A stretch of 64,000 nucleotides of DNA from Anthoceros angustus (taxonomy: Eukaryota > Plantae > Anthocerotophyta). Both the position numbers and the translations under genes were made by a program. The stretch spans positions 1,798,001 to 1,862,000 of the forward strand of contig MU008165.1 of NCBI GenBank assembly GCA_010909165.1, written 5' to 3'. The notes beneath the pieces are model-generated. The model saw only the letters and a program-made list of their open reading frames with translations. It did not search any database and was not told the DNA's origin. Below, piece after piece: positions 24,340 to 35,850 of this stretch. Position 1 is the stretch's first letter, and the number at the start of each line of letters is the position of its first letter.

Positions 24340-26835
24340 TTATACGAAGAAAACATCTTGATTCATTTCCCGCTCTGTGAACTCCTTCGCTTTCCTTGTT
24401 TGACCAGCCTTGTTAAAACCATTGATGATGTTGGCATATGTGATCTCGTTCGGGAGAAGCCCCTTCTCTTTCATCTCTTCAAACAGAACACAAGCTTCAT
24501 CCAATCGTCCAGACCTGGCAAAAGCATCAATCAGCGACGAGAACGTTATCACATTTGGGCTGAGACCTTCAGCTTGCATATCCTTGAACAGCTGGTATGC
24601 CTTATCAATCTGGCCAAATTTGCCAAGACTGTCGATCAAAGAACTGTAGGATACCACATCCCCTGACATATTCTGTTCCTTCATTTCCCTCAAAAGCTTG
24701 CAAGCTTCGTCTAACCGCCCCACCTTACCAAGCCCATCTATCAGGGTGTTGTAGGTGATAGCATCTGGTTGTAAGCCTTGCTGAGCCAAATCCCTGAAAA
24801 TGCTCAAAGCCTCCTCTATCTGCCCATCGCGGCTGAGCACACCAATGAGTACATTGTACGAAAATACTCCTGTAACAAGCCCTCTTCGCCTCATTTCATC
24901 AAACAGAGAACAAGCCTTATCGACTTGACCGCCTCTACCAAAACCAACAATGAGTGTCCCAAAAGCCACCGCGTCAGGTACAACTCCATTCTTGTTCATG
25001 TCTTCAAAAATGCTGTAAGCTTCCTCATACTGCCCCGCTTTGCAAAGCACACCAATGATAGTACTGTAACATACTGCATTGGGGGCTATCGGTTTCTCCT
25101 TCAGACTGTTGAAAACCTCCAAAGCAGTCGAGGGCTGACCAGCCTTACCCAGTCCATCGATCAAGGCCGTGTAAGTGATAACATTTGGTTGCACCCCTGC
25201 TTCTGCCATAGCATCCAATATAACCTGCGCTTGGTCCACCTGTCCAGTCCTAGCAAGCGCTGAGATTAGAATGTTGTACGTAACGGCGTTGGGGTAAATT
25301 CCGTTCTCCTGCATCATGTCCAGTGTTTGAAACGACTGCTCCAATTGCCCCGCTTTTGCAAATCCACTTATGACACTGTTGTACGTGACCATGTCTGGAG
25401 TGACTCCCGCTTTTCTCATCGCAACAAAAAGCTTAATGGCCTCAAACATTTGACCAGCTTTACCATTTGCATCTATGAGGGAGTTGTAGGTTATCACATC
25501 AGGAGAGATACCTGCCTTAGACATGTCTTCAAAATGTCCTGTGGCTTCCAGGAGCCGGCCAGCCTTGTTCAGCCCTCCAATCATAACATTGTAAGTGAAC
25601 AAATTAGGAGGAATACCTTTCCCCCTCATATCGGCAAAGAGCTCGCAGGCCTCATCGATCTTCCCAGATTTGCAAAGCTGATCCATAAGCGTCGAATACG
25701 TAATAACATCAGGGGAAACGCCAGACCCCTCCATGGTGCCAAACAGCCTCAGCGCCTCGTTGAACTGCCCCGCCTTCCCCAGCCCGTGTATCAACCCATT
25801 AAAAACAAGGAGATTCGGAGGCAAGTCCATCTCCCTGAAGATCCCATAGCCTTCAGAGACCTGACCCGCCTTCACCAGACCATTGATCAGAGCAACATAA
25901 GTCCACTTGGACACAGCCAGACCCAGCCTCCGCATCTCCAAGTACAGCTTGTACGCCTCATCCATAAACCCCACTTTGTAGGAGCTATAGATGAGACGGT
26001 TGTACGCTCTCTGGTCCAACACAAACCCACACGCCAACATGTGGTGATAAACCTCGATGCACCCCTGATGCAGCCCATGTCTGGACAGAGTGCCGAGCAA
26101 AAAATTGCACACCACCGGGCTGGGCTGCAGGCCACAACCGGTCAGGGCCAGAAAGGCCTTATACGACCCGCAGGGATTCTTCTCCCTGTCGAACCTCAAC
26201 ACAATCCGGAAAATGTAATTCTGCACGTCCTCCCCTTTCCCATCCATCACCTTGAGCAGCTGGCAAATCTCCTCAAACCTGAGGCAGTAGCCCAGATGCC
26301 TCAACATGGGCTCATAAGTGCTCTCCGTGTGCTGGTAGTCCGGCAATGTCCCAGCCCAGTTGAAGAATCCCCACGCAGTATCCACATCCTGCACCTTCTG
26401 CATCACCAGCCGCACATGGTGGGGCTTCAAATCGGGGTCCAGCTCCGTCAGCGCCCTCTCCACCTCGGAATCCCACTTTCCGGGCCTCAGAATCCTCAAA
26501 ATGTTGGGTATAATCGCCTGCTCCCCATTCCTCACCACCTCCTGCCTCTCCTCCAATTCCTCCTTCGCCTCCACCGTTACTCCTGCCTGCTGCCTGGGGG
26601 GAATCCGCAGCACCGCTGCTGCGCACAGTCCCCTCCCTTCCCTACATTTCCCCCCGAATCCAACCAACCTAGGGCGCACCGTGACCGCTTTCCAGCCACA
26701 CGAATTCCTGGCCGCCACGCTCTTGCAAGGTCCAGGCAAGGAAGCCATCCGCAGGCGCCTCACCGCCAGGCATTTCTCTCCCCCCGCCGTCCCGCCCTGC
26801 AGCTGCAATCCACCCGGAACCGAGACGGACCCCAT
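24340..26835 (-). CDS. P-class PPR protein, single exon, with a probable organellar transit peptide
   Basis: Long run of 35-aa repeats (PDVITYSTLMDQLCKSGKIDEACELFADMRGKGI type); first ATG at 26835; basic, Ala/Arg-rich N-terminus. Confidence 0.92.
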   Translation of the reverse strand: MGSVSVPGGLQLQGGTAGGEKCLAVRRLRMASLPGPCKSVAARNSCGWKAVTVRPRLVGFGGKCREGRGLCAAAVLRIPPRQQAGVTVEAKEELEERQEVVRNGEQAIIPNILRILRPGKWDSEVERALTELDPDLKPHHVRLVMQKVQDVDTAWGFFNWAGTLPDYQHTESTYEPMLRHLGYCLRFEEICQLLKVMDGKGEDVQNYIFRIVLRFDREKNPCGSYKAFLALTGCGLQPSPVVCNFLLGTLSRHGLHQGCIEVYHHMLACGFVLDQRAYNRLIYSSYKVGFMDEAYKLYLEMRRLGLAVSKWTYVALINGLVKAGQVSEGYGIFREMDLPPNLLVFNGLIHGLGKAGQFNEALRLFGTMEGSGVSPDVITYSTLMDQLCKSGKIDEACELFADMRGKGIPPNLFTYNVMIGGLNKAGRLLEATGHFEDMSKAGISPDVITYNSLIDANGKAGQMFEAIKLFVAMRKAGVTPDMVTYNSVISGFAKAGQLEQSFQTLDMMQENGIYPNAVTYNILISALARTGQVDQAQVILDAMAEAGVQPNVITYTALIDGLGKAGQPSTALEVFNSLKEKPIAPNAVCYSTIIGVLCKAGQYEEAYSIFEDMNKNGVVPDAVAFGTLIVGFGRGGQVDKACSLFDEMRRRGLVTGVFSYNVLIGVLSRDGQIEEALSIFRDLAQQGLQPDAITYNTLIDGLGKVGRLDEACKLLREMKEQNMSGDVVSYSSLIDSLGKFGQIDKAYQLFKDMQAEGLSPNVITFSSLIDAFARSGRLDEACVLFEEMKEKGLLPNEITYANIINGFNKAGQTRKAKEFTEREMNQDVFFV

Positions 26836-27133
26836 CGGACGCAACAACAGCAAATTTTGGAGGAAATCATTTATTTAAATCCGCCGATGCGTTGCGCCTG
26901 GCAGCAAACAAGCCCACGAGTGCAGCAGCAGCATATAACAAATGACAAAAGAGGGCACAGCTGCTTCGTTGCAAGGAATCCAGCCTTCTGTCTTGTTGTT
27001 GCAAGGGTCGCGCATTGAAGCGAGCATGAATAGAGGAATGCAGTCCATTATGTTCTGTTAACTTAGCTAGCTAGGTAGTCCATCTACTGAGTTCTCAAAA
27101 CAAAAGGGTTCTCTATACAAACAAAAGAGTTGT

Positions 27134-28471
27134 CTATACACCAGACTTTCTACCAAACTCCGACGCCTTGGGCGCGCGCTTGGTGATACTCACGCGGCCG
27201 CCGAACTTCGCGTTACGTCGGCTTAGTCCGTTGTCGCGATCGGACGTGACCACCAGGTACTCCACTCCGCACAGCTTGCACAACGCGAGGACTCCATCCT
27301 CAAACCGGTTTTGCAGGGTCAGGCAACCGATTTTGCCGCACTCTTTGCATTCCCACAACTTCTCGCGTATCTGCAATCTCCTCTCGGCTTTCTCTCGAGG
27401 GTTCTCGGAAGGGAAAACTATCAGGTCCGAAGGATTGAACCTGGCAGTGCGGGATTTGGCCTGGTGGTCTCTGCAGCAGCAAATTTGCAACAGTCATTCG
27501 CGGAGGAAGAGGAAATTGTATGCGAGATCCTCACGATTGCAAGCACTGCTTACCGGCAGAAGATAAACATGTCTAATATTTCCTTGTCATCCTGGTCCAT
27601 GATCTTCCATCCGCGCTGGTACTTGGAACCTTCCTCGAAATTGATATCACTGCAACGAGGGAGAGCAGGTTGTGATGAGAATTCTTTGCATACCATAACT
27701 GCAGCCTGCTGATGGTGCTGCAGATCCAGCTGCCTGGCATTCAAAAGCCTGTGTGCCAGCAAAGGAAGTCGGAAAACCAGGATAAGAAACACCTACGGAT
27801 CCAGACACTCTTTGTGCCAAGCCTTCTCGCACAGCCGGCAGGGAACGAGCGGATTGCTCTTATCTTCAGTCCGGACATTGCAAGCAGAGCACTCATGTCT
27901 CCTGCACCGTGCCGGAGAACAGTGCCGGTGGTAGAACTTATTGCAGCCCGGCTCAACGCAAAGGAAAAGCTCCTGCAGCAGAGGAAACACACCTATTACT
28001 TCCAGTCTCAGGCAACGCACTCCAAGCTTCACCTACGAGCAATTTCACAAGCGTCAAATCCGGTACCAATCCGCTTACTTGTAGCGTGCCTCGTTTCCCC
28101 CCCTTGTCAGTAGTCTTCCATAACCCGAGATCCTTGCAGCCGTGACATTGCAGCTGGCCGTATCTGCAATTCTTGCAGAAGAAGGGCTCGCTGGAGTTGC
28201 AATAAAATTCGAACTCCTCATCAGACATGTCCAACGTGTTGCAAGTGTCTGCTCCCTCCTCATCCGTGTTAGGATGGAAGGCCCGTCGGCAAGGGCCATC
28301 GCACGAGATGAGAGACCCTCCGTTGTGACACATGCAGCAGAGGTCCTCCGTTTCGTCCGACTCGCTGCTGCCGGGGCCCTCGCCGGTGCTGCCGGGGACC
28401 GCGCTGGCGACCTCAGGGAGCTCGCTGCTGTTGCCCTTGGCGGCGCCGCCACCGCCGCAGTTGCTGGCCAT
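27134..28471 (-). CDS. EDM2-like PHD-finger protein, ~333 aa; exons 28471-28079, 27972-27797, 27649-27554, 27470-27134
   Basis: CCMCHNGGSLISCDGPCRRAFH..FFCKNC..QCHGC, ELFLCVEPGCNKFYHRHC, HECSAC..CRLCEKAWHKECL, DINFEE..RGW..FIFCRDH run colinear with the EDM2 PHD region; splice phases are consistent. Confidence 0.8.
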
Positions 28472-29979
28472 TTTGATTTCCGCGGCTCAATCCTCAACCA
28501 CGATTCACAGACTTGCAAAACAGGACGCCCCGCCCGAGCCACGATTCCGCCTGTCAGACCCGGCGTCCGAGCTGCTCCCTCTCACCAACCGGCCAGAGCT
28601 CGGGAAGTGAGTCGACTCGAGACGCCTTTCGCCAAGCAACTGTGGTGCACCACGGCGGCGCTCTGCCGTTCTGTAATGCCTTGCCATTCGCCTTCACCTT
28701 CCCCTTCGCTCGCTCGATCGTTTCCGAGGTACCCGCCAAATAAATCGGTACTGGTGCACTTGTCATTGTCAACAACCCGGAGGGGCGCATCACGGCCGAC
28801 ATTCGATATGCTCAGGACTGCAAATTCCAGGCCGGATCGTGAAAAGGCGGCCACGTAAGCAATGCCAGCTGGAAATTTTCATAACTCCCATGTTCCGAGG
28901 CCCGCAACTCCAGGGGCAGCCGCAGCGGGGTCTCTTATCCCGTGGGCGCCTGTTAGGGTGGAATGTATAACCCCTGTCAAAAGGGAGGTAATGCAAGCCT
29001 GTAGCCGGTCACCTTCTATGTTTAGATCAAAATAACTAGCTGCAGGTGACTGACATTAAGGCTGACACTTTGGTAATAGTGTAGCCGCCTCCTGCCAAAA
29101 GTGTAGCCGGCTGCATAGCCTCCTACCCTGGAAGCTCGTACCGGCTGTGCCATAAGAGCTGCACAGCACCCAAATTGTACAGTAATTTGTAATGTCTTCT
29201 CTCAGCGGGCTGCGGGGCCTGGCCCTGCTTCTCCAGTGCTTTCTCTCGTATGTTTTTATGCTTTCTGGCTCTTTTGATTGCTGGGCTAACTGATTCAGAA
29301 TCCTTGATGCTCATGCCTGTTGCTCGATGTTCTTAGCTCTGATGGATGCCAGTTGGAACTCTTGATCGGGAACCATCGAGGTGTCACGTTCAACTCACAT
29401 CCCTACATATGATGCTTGTGTAACAGGCCTGGCCATCTAAGTCGTTGACAACGCACAGGAGCAACGGGCATCTGCTCAACTAGGTTATGCAGGCCGTTGC
29501 CAGAAACGTGAAAATCTGGTTAATTTATGAGAAATTGTAATAAAACATTTGTATGTGATGGTTGTTAGGACGATAGTCTTCGGAACCGAACCCAGAATGT
29601 CTGATTTGGAAAAGCAAACCATATCCACCATGCCATGCCACATACGATTGGTGTGAGACCTAGCCAGAAGGTATATTTAACCCCAAATTTGTTTTAAAAG
29701 AACTTTTCAAGGCTTTATCTATAGATATTTACAGCCCAACCCCGTGTATGAGAGAGAAGCTGGGAGCAACAGCAAAGGAAGCTCGAAACTATCCCAACAA
29801 GAGATGCTAGAAGCCATCTCCAGGACTTCAATCTTATTGGGAATCTTTGTTTACTCTGCAATTGCACCGTTAGAGTAGTTTCTTATTTTAGTTATAGCAG
29901 TTATTTCCTTTTGGCGCAGAAGGCCGCTACTGCCACAGGCGAGACTGGCAACAGCGAACTTGCTCTTCGTCTGCAGTTA

Positions 29980-31462
29980 GGCCCGTTTCACAAGCCCAGT
30001 ACATTTTTAGCGCATGTCAGTGACATGTGGCGCGTGTCAGCGCCACGGTGGGCAATGTATACCACCCCTGGCATGGCCACGGTGGGGGTTTTCCTCGTTC
30101 CTCGTTTCACAAGACGGGTATATTTTTTCATATGTGGTCCCACGCTCTTTCACATGGACCCACCATTTTACCCATAGAGGTGTATATAAGGCTCTAGCTT
30201 ATGCGGTCAAAGGCGTTTCATTTGCTTCTTTTTCTCATAGGTGTGCAGGTTGGAGGTTGGAGGTTGGAGGTTAGGTGCTTTGTTGAAATCCTCCTCCATA
30301 GAACCCCTAAGGTGGATCAAGTGGATGGTATGGTGTTCAGTCCATTGTGGACTCCTTCCACCACTTGTCCTTCGAACCTGATCCTCCCCTTCAAGTTCCA
30401 AGTGTTTTTTGCTTTTCCCCCTACGCTTCTTTGACCCATGCGGTGTCTGTGAAATTGGAACCTCATGACCGTTTCTAGGTCAATGACATTGCACAGTGCA
30501 AGCGTTTGAAACGAGCCTAGCATGACACTTCCAAGCAGAGGCATTGAGAATGCTTGCTGCTCATGAGGGGAGCATCCTTGTGATATTTGTTGACTTGGAG
30601 GTTGGCTCCACGTCTGAGAGGACTGTTCAAGTTGTAGCCTTGAACTGTCGACTCCCCTCCTGAGTCAAATAGATAACTTGAAAAAGGTTGGGAAGGCCGT
30701 CTTTGTAGTGAAGACTCACCACCATGACCTTGTTGCCCAGCCATAGCCAAACCTAAAAGCCTAGAAACCTGCCAAACCTATTGAGATAGAGAGCTTGTTA
30801 TGTCAAGCCGAGGTCAGCCAGAAACTTTAGAGAGCCCATTGTGCCATCCAAAAATTCGATTGCCACTGAATACCTTGGAATTACCTCACAGCAAGGCTGC
30901 AAGCGCGTGGCGACGATGGGCAGATCCCTCCACACAGCACACACGAAGTCAAGGATGCGGCTCTTCGGCGAGCACTCTTCTGCGCGGCTCAACGGCGGGC
31001 ATTCTCCTCCACGGCTCAATGGCGGGCACTCTCTTCTGCGGCTCAATGGCGGGCACTCTCCTCTGCGGCTCAACGGCGAGCACTCTCCTCTACGGCTCAA
31101 AGGCGGGCACTCTCCTCCTATCCAAGCGGGCACTCTCCTCCTGTCCGCTCTCGAGAGCGCCTTCACATACCTTGGGCGTGTTCGTGCTAGTTTTGTAAGC
31201 GCCCTTTCGTACAAGTTGGATAACATCACAGTAAAAAAACTCATAAAAATAAGAATGGACCTGCTATGCCATTGGTCCATGCAGGGTACATAATAAATGT
31301 CAGAAAACACCGGCGGACTTGCCCGGTGTTTTCGACATCAACACCTGCGTGGCATCCACGTAAGGGCGGTGTGGGTTATTTAGTCCTTGTGAACCGGGTA
31401 CAAATTGACCCTCCAATCACATGAGGTGTGTCAGGATTTATACCATGCTTGTGAAACGGGCC
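29980..31462. mobile_element. Non-autonomous PIF/Harbinger-like element, 1483 bp, 16 bp TIRs, TTA TSD
   Basis: GGCCCGTTTCACAAGC at 29980-29995 and its exact reverse complement at 31447-31462, each flanked by TTA. Confidence 0.85.
30967..31130. repeat. 27 bp tandem repeat, ~6 copies, inside the Harbinger-like element
   Basis: GGCGGGCACTCTCCTCTGCGGCTCAAC-type units. Confidence 0.9.
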
Positions 31463-31582
31463 TTAGCAGTATTGGAGAAACGTGTTTGTGCACAGGCTGA
31501 TCTCATCAAGCAACTGGCAAGCAGCATCATAAATAATCCTTGATTGTATCTGCGCCGACTTTCATGCAAAGGACAATGCTCA

Positions 31583-31744
31583 CCTTGCATCATCAAGTGG
31601 GAGCCATATCCAACATTTGCAGTAGCGATCTGTGGTCCTTGCATCATCAAGTGGGAGCCATATCCAACATTTGCGGTAGCGATCTGTGGTCCTTGCATCA
31701 TCAAGTGGGAGCCATATCCAACATTTGCAGTAGCGATTTGTGGT
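31583..31744. repeat. 54 bp tandem repeat x3
   Basis: Units start CCTTGCATCATCAAGTGGGAGCC at 31583, 31637 and 31691. Confidence 0.95.
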
Positions 31745-31914
31745 CTTCTGATCAGGCCTATGCAAGATGCTTTGGAGTCAGATTCTGATGATGATGCTTA
31801 TAACTTGTCTTTCTTGTTCGCTGATTCTGTAGAATACTCAGTAAGGGACTTTTCCGCTGCAGCTTTGTTACATAGAGCCTCTCTCCTTCCCGGCCCTTTG
31901 GTATCATCCGTAAC

Positions 31915-33390
31915 CATGTCAAACCCACCTGCTTTTTCCACCCTAAAGATAGAATTTCGTAACAAGTACAAATTCAATGGTAATGACTACCATATCTGGT
32001 CCTTACGTCTCACACAAATCCTAGAAGAGAATGAGATTATGTCTACAGTTGATGGCACAGACCTAAAGGTTACAATACCTCCAAGATCAGCTGATGATCT
32101 TCTAGCCTAGGAGCATAAGGATAGAAGAGCTAGATCAATTCTCATCTCATCCTTGGATAGAACAATGTTGCTACACACCATAGGTGCTACCACCTCAATT
32201 GATGTGTGGAATATTTTCAAACTTATCTATCAGGATAAGAGCTCAGCATCTCTGGTACATGCTTACAGGGATTTTTTCAACCTAAGGATGAAGGAAGGAG
32301 AGTCTGTTGAGGCTTGAATTAACAAATTTCGTACCCATCTAGCCAATCTGGCCATACATGATATCGTACTTTCTAAGGTATAAGCAGCTATAAGTTTGTT
32401 GGCATTTCTTCCTGAGAATTATCAGCATTTTGTTGGAAGTCAAAATGCTACAATACGTTGTAGATGACGTCATTATGATATCCAATGATGCGAAATATCT
32501 AGCAGAATCCAAAGGTGAGCTTATGTAGCAATTCTCCATGATAGATAATGGGATTATGTCTGGGTGTACAAGTGAAGTATGATGCGTCTCAGCATAGTAT
32601 TACATTACATTAGGAGCGCTATGTCCTTGACGTAAACATGTCAAATTGTAAACCCGCTGATACTCCTATGCACACAGGTTCTCGAGTAAGCAAAACAATG
32701 TGTTCCCAGACACCCACTGAACAAGAGAAAATGAGCTCTATTCCATGTGCCGAAGCTATCGGCAGTCTCCAGCATCTCGCATAAAATACTCGGCCTGACA
32801 TAGCTCTTCCAACCTCACTAACCTCTCAATTCCTTTCCAATGTTGGTCAACCTCAGTGGGTTGCGGTAAAACGTATTCTTCAATACTTGCAAGGCACGCG
32901 GATGTGAAATGAGCATGTTTGATCTTGGCCAGTGGCTTGGTAAGTATGTCACCACTTGATCTTTAGTAGGCACATAGGTCAATCTTAGCTCTCCACTCTC
33001 AACCTTCATCTGCAAGAAGTGGTAATGGAGCTCAATCTGCTTAGATTATTCGTAAAATCTCCTTGGAGAGAGAGATCGTGGCTTGGTTGTCACAGCGCAA
33101 TTCAATGGGTCCGTCATGTGGGTAACCTAGGTCCTTTAATAGCTTAACCAACCATAAGCCCTCCTTAGCAGCAGCGGCGGCTGCAATGTATTTCGATTCT
33201 GTAGAGCTGAGGGGAATAGAAGTTTGTTTCTTGGCCTTCTAGTTGATGGCTCCTCTAGCGAGTAAGAACACATAGCCAGTTGTTGACTTGCAAGAATTGG
33301 GGTCACCAGCCCAATCCGCGACTGTCCAACCTATGAGTTTGTCTTGGGCTCCATGCCCACCTTGATATTTAATCCCTTTCTTCTAGGGAC
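31915..33390 (+). mobile_element. Deleted and rearranged Ty1/copia remnant: gag and RT C-terminus on +, RNase H inverted on -
   Basis: gag KFNGNDYHIWSLRL..RARSILISSLD..FNLRMKEGESVE; RT IGSLQHLA-NTRPDIA..WVAVKRILQYLQG; minus strand ADWAGDPNSCKSTTGYVF..SSTESKYIA..CDNQATI..LTYVPTKDQV. Confidence 0.85.
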
Positions 33391-35850
33391 TATCTGATCA
33401 TGATCCACGATTTCCCCAATCTCAGCGTTTGGACTGAAGGGGGTGTGTGACAGTGTGAACACGTATAATTCATAAGCTTCTAACCGTCGAGGTAGATAGA
33501 AACGTAGGGTCGTGACTCATGCTGAACGGCCGTGTCTCTTCAAGAGACCAGTCTCATCCCTATGCTCTAAGGAGCATGCCACTTGTACAATCCACAACAC
33601 ATAATACAGAGTTTCCAAGTGACAGACTCTTATGCTTTCTGGTCGCTGCAGTCTTGACGTTGATGTTCATCCATTGTCACATCTTCAGGCAGCGTAAAGC
33701 TCGAGGTCTTCAAAATGTCGGACGTCCAAGGCTGGGCGCGGAGGATCTAGGTGACCATGTCGAATTCACTCAGCCTCGGTCTCCACGCAATGTATCGCGA
33801 ATGCCAATCTCGTATCGCTTGAAGCTCTGCAGATCACAATGCTAGGATCGGGCAAAATCGCAAGAAGGCTCCACAACCTCGACAAGAATGGGTAGCCAAA
33901 GATGGTGTAAGCCCCAGTGGAATTCTTCAAGCTTTATCTGAGCTCCTTAAGGCATGGGCTTTGTTGCTATAGCGGTGGACTGCGAAGATACATGGGCACT
34001 CCTCTTCCACCAAAATCGGCGAGGACCTACTCCCCAAGCCAAGCATGAAGACTTTGGGTTCTGAGCAAAGAAAAGAAGGAAGGAGAGTACATTGAGGCTT
34101 GAATTAACAAATTTCGTACCCATCTAGCCAATCTGGCCATACATGATATCGTACTTTCTAAGGTATAAGCAGCTATAAGTTTGTTGGCATTTCTTCCTGA
34201 GAATTATCAGCATTTTGTTGGAAGTCAAAATGCTACAATACACGTTTGTAGATGACGTCATTATGATATCCAATGATGCGAAATATCTAGCAGAATCCAA
34301 AGGTGAGCTTATGTAGCAATTCTCCATGATAGATAATGGGATTATGTCTGGGTGTACAAGTGAAGTATGATGCGTCTCAGCATAGTATTACATTACATTA
34401 GGAGCGCTATGTCCTTGACGTAAACATGTCAAATTGTAAACCCGCTGATACTCCTATGCACACAGGTTCTCGAGTAAGCAAAACAATGTGTTCCCAGACA
34501 CCCACTGAACAAGAGAAAATGAGCTCTATTCCATGTGCCGAAGCTATCGGCAGTCTCCAGCATCTCGCATAAAATACTCGGCCTGACATAGCTCTTCCAA
34601 CCTCACTAACCTCTCAATTCCTTTCCAATGTTGGTCAACCTCAGTGGGTTGCGGTAAAACGATTCTTCAATACTTGCAAGGCACGGATGTGAAATGAGCA
34701 TGTTTGATCTTGGCCAGTGGCTTGGTAAGTATGTCACCACTTGATCTTTAGTAGGCACATAGGTCAATCTTAGCTCTCCACTCTCAACCTTCATCTGCAA
34801 GAAGTGGTAATGGAGCTCAATCTGCTTAGATTATTCGTAAAATCTCCTTGGAGAGAGAGATCGTGGCTTGGTTGTCACAGCGCAATTCAATGGGTCCGTC
34901 ATGTGGGTAACCTAGGTCCTTTAATAGCTTAACCAACCATAAGCCCTCCTTAGCGGCGCAATGTATTTCGATTCAGAGAGGGAATAGAAGTTTGTTTCTT
35001 GGCCTTCTAGTTGATGGCTCCTCTAGCGAGTAAGAACACATAGCGATTGTTGACTTGCAAGAATTGGGGTCACCAATCCATTGTCCAACCTATGAGTTTG
35101 TCTTGGGCTCCATGCCCACCTTGATATTTAATCCCTTTCTTCTAGGGACTATCCGATCATGATCCACGATTTCCCCAATCTCGGCGTTTGGTGAAGGGGT
35201 GTGTGTGAACACGATAATTCATAAGCTTCTAACCGTCGAGGTAGATAGAAAGCGTGGGTCGTGACTCATCTTTTGACAGTAGTGTCTCTTCAAGAGACCA
35301 GTCTCATCCCTATGCTCTAAGGAGCATGCCACTTGTACAATCCACAACACATGTCTGAGTTTCCAAGTGAGACTTCATGCTCGTCTACTTGACGTTGATG
35401 TTCATCCATTGTCACATCTTCAGGCAGCGTAAAGCTCGAGGTCTTCAAAATGTCGGACGTCCAACAGGGCCTGGACTGCTTGGGCTGCCAGAGGATCTAG
35501 GTGACCATGTCGAAATTCACTCAGCGCTCCTCAGGTCTCCACGCAATGTATCGCCAGAATGCCAATCTCGTATCGCTTGAAGCTCCTGCAGGATCACAAT
35601 GCTAGGATCAGGCAAAATCTGCAAGAAGGCTCCACAACCTCGACAAGAATGGGTAGCCAAAGATGGTGTAAGCTGCCCCCAGAGTGGAATTCTTCAAGCT
35701 TTATCCTGGAGCTCCTTAAGGCATGGGCTTTGTTGCTATAGCAGTGGACCTGCGAAGATACATGGGCACTCCTCTTCCACCAAAATCTGACGACGAGGAC
35801 CTACTCCCCAAGCCAAGCATGAAGACTTTGGGTTCTACAGGCAAAGAAAA
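32285..35850. repeat. Tandem duplication C, ~1.8 kb unit (about 32285-34075 and 34076-35850)
   Basis: TTGAGGCTTGAATTAACAAATTTCGTACCC recurs at ~32308 and ~34092; the copies differ by many small indels. Confidence 0.92.

Noticed and set aside
25327-27018. 563 aa ORF on the + strand
   Set aside because: Antisense shadow of the P-class PPR; no recognisable domain.
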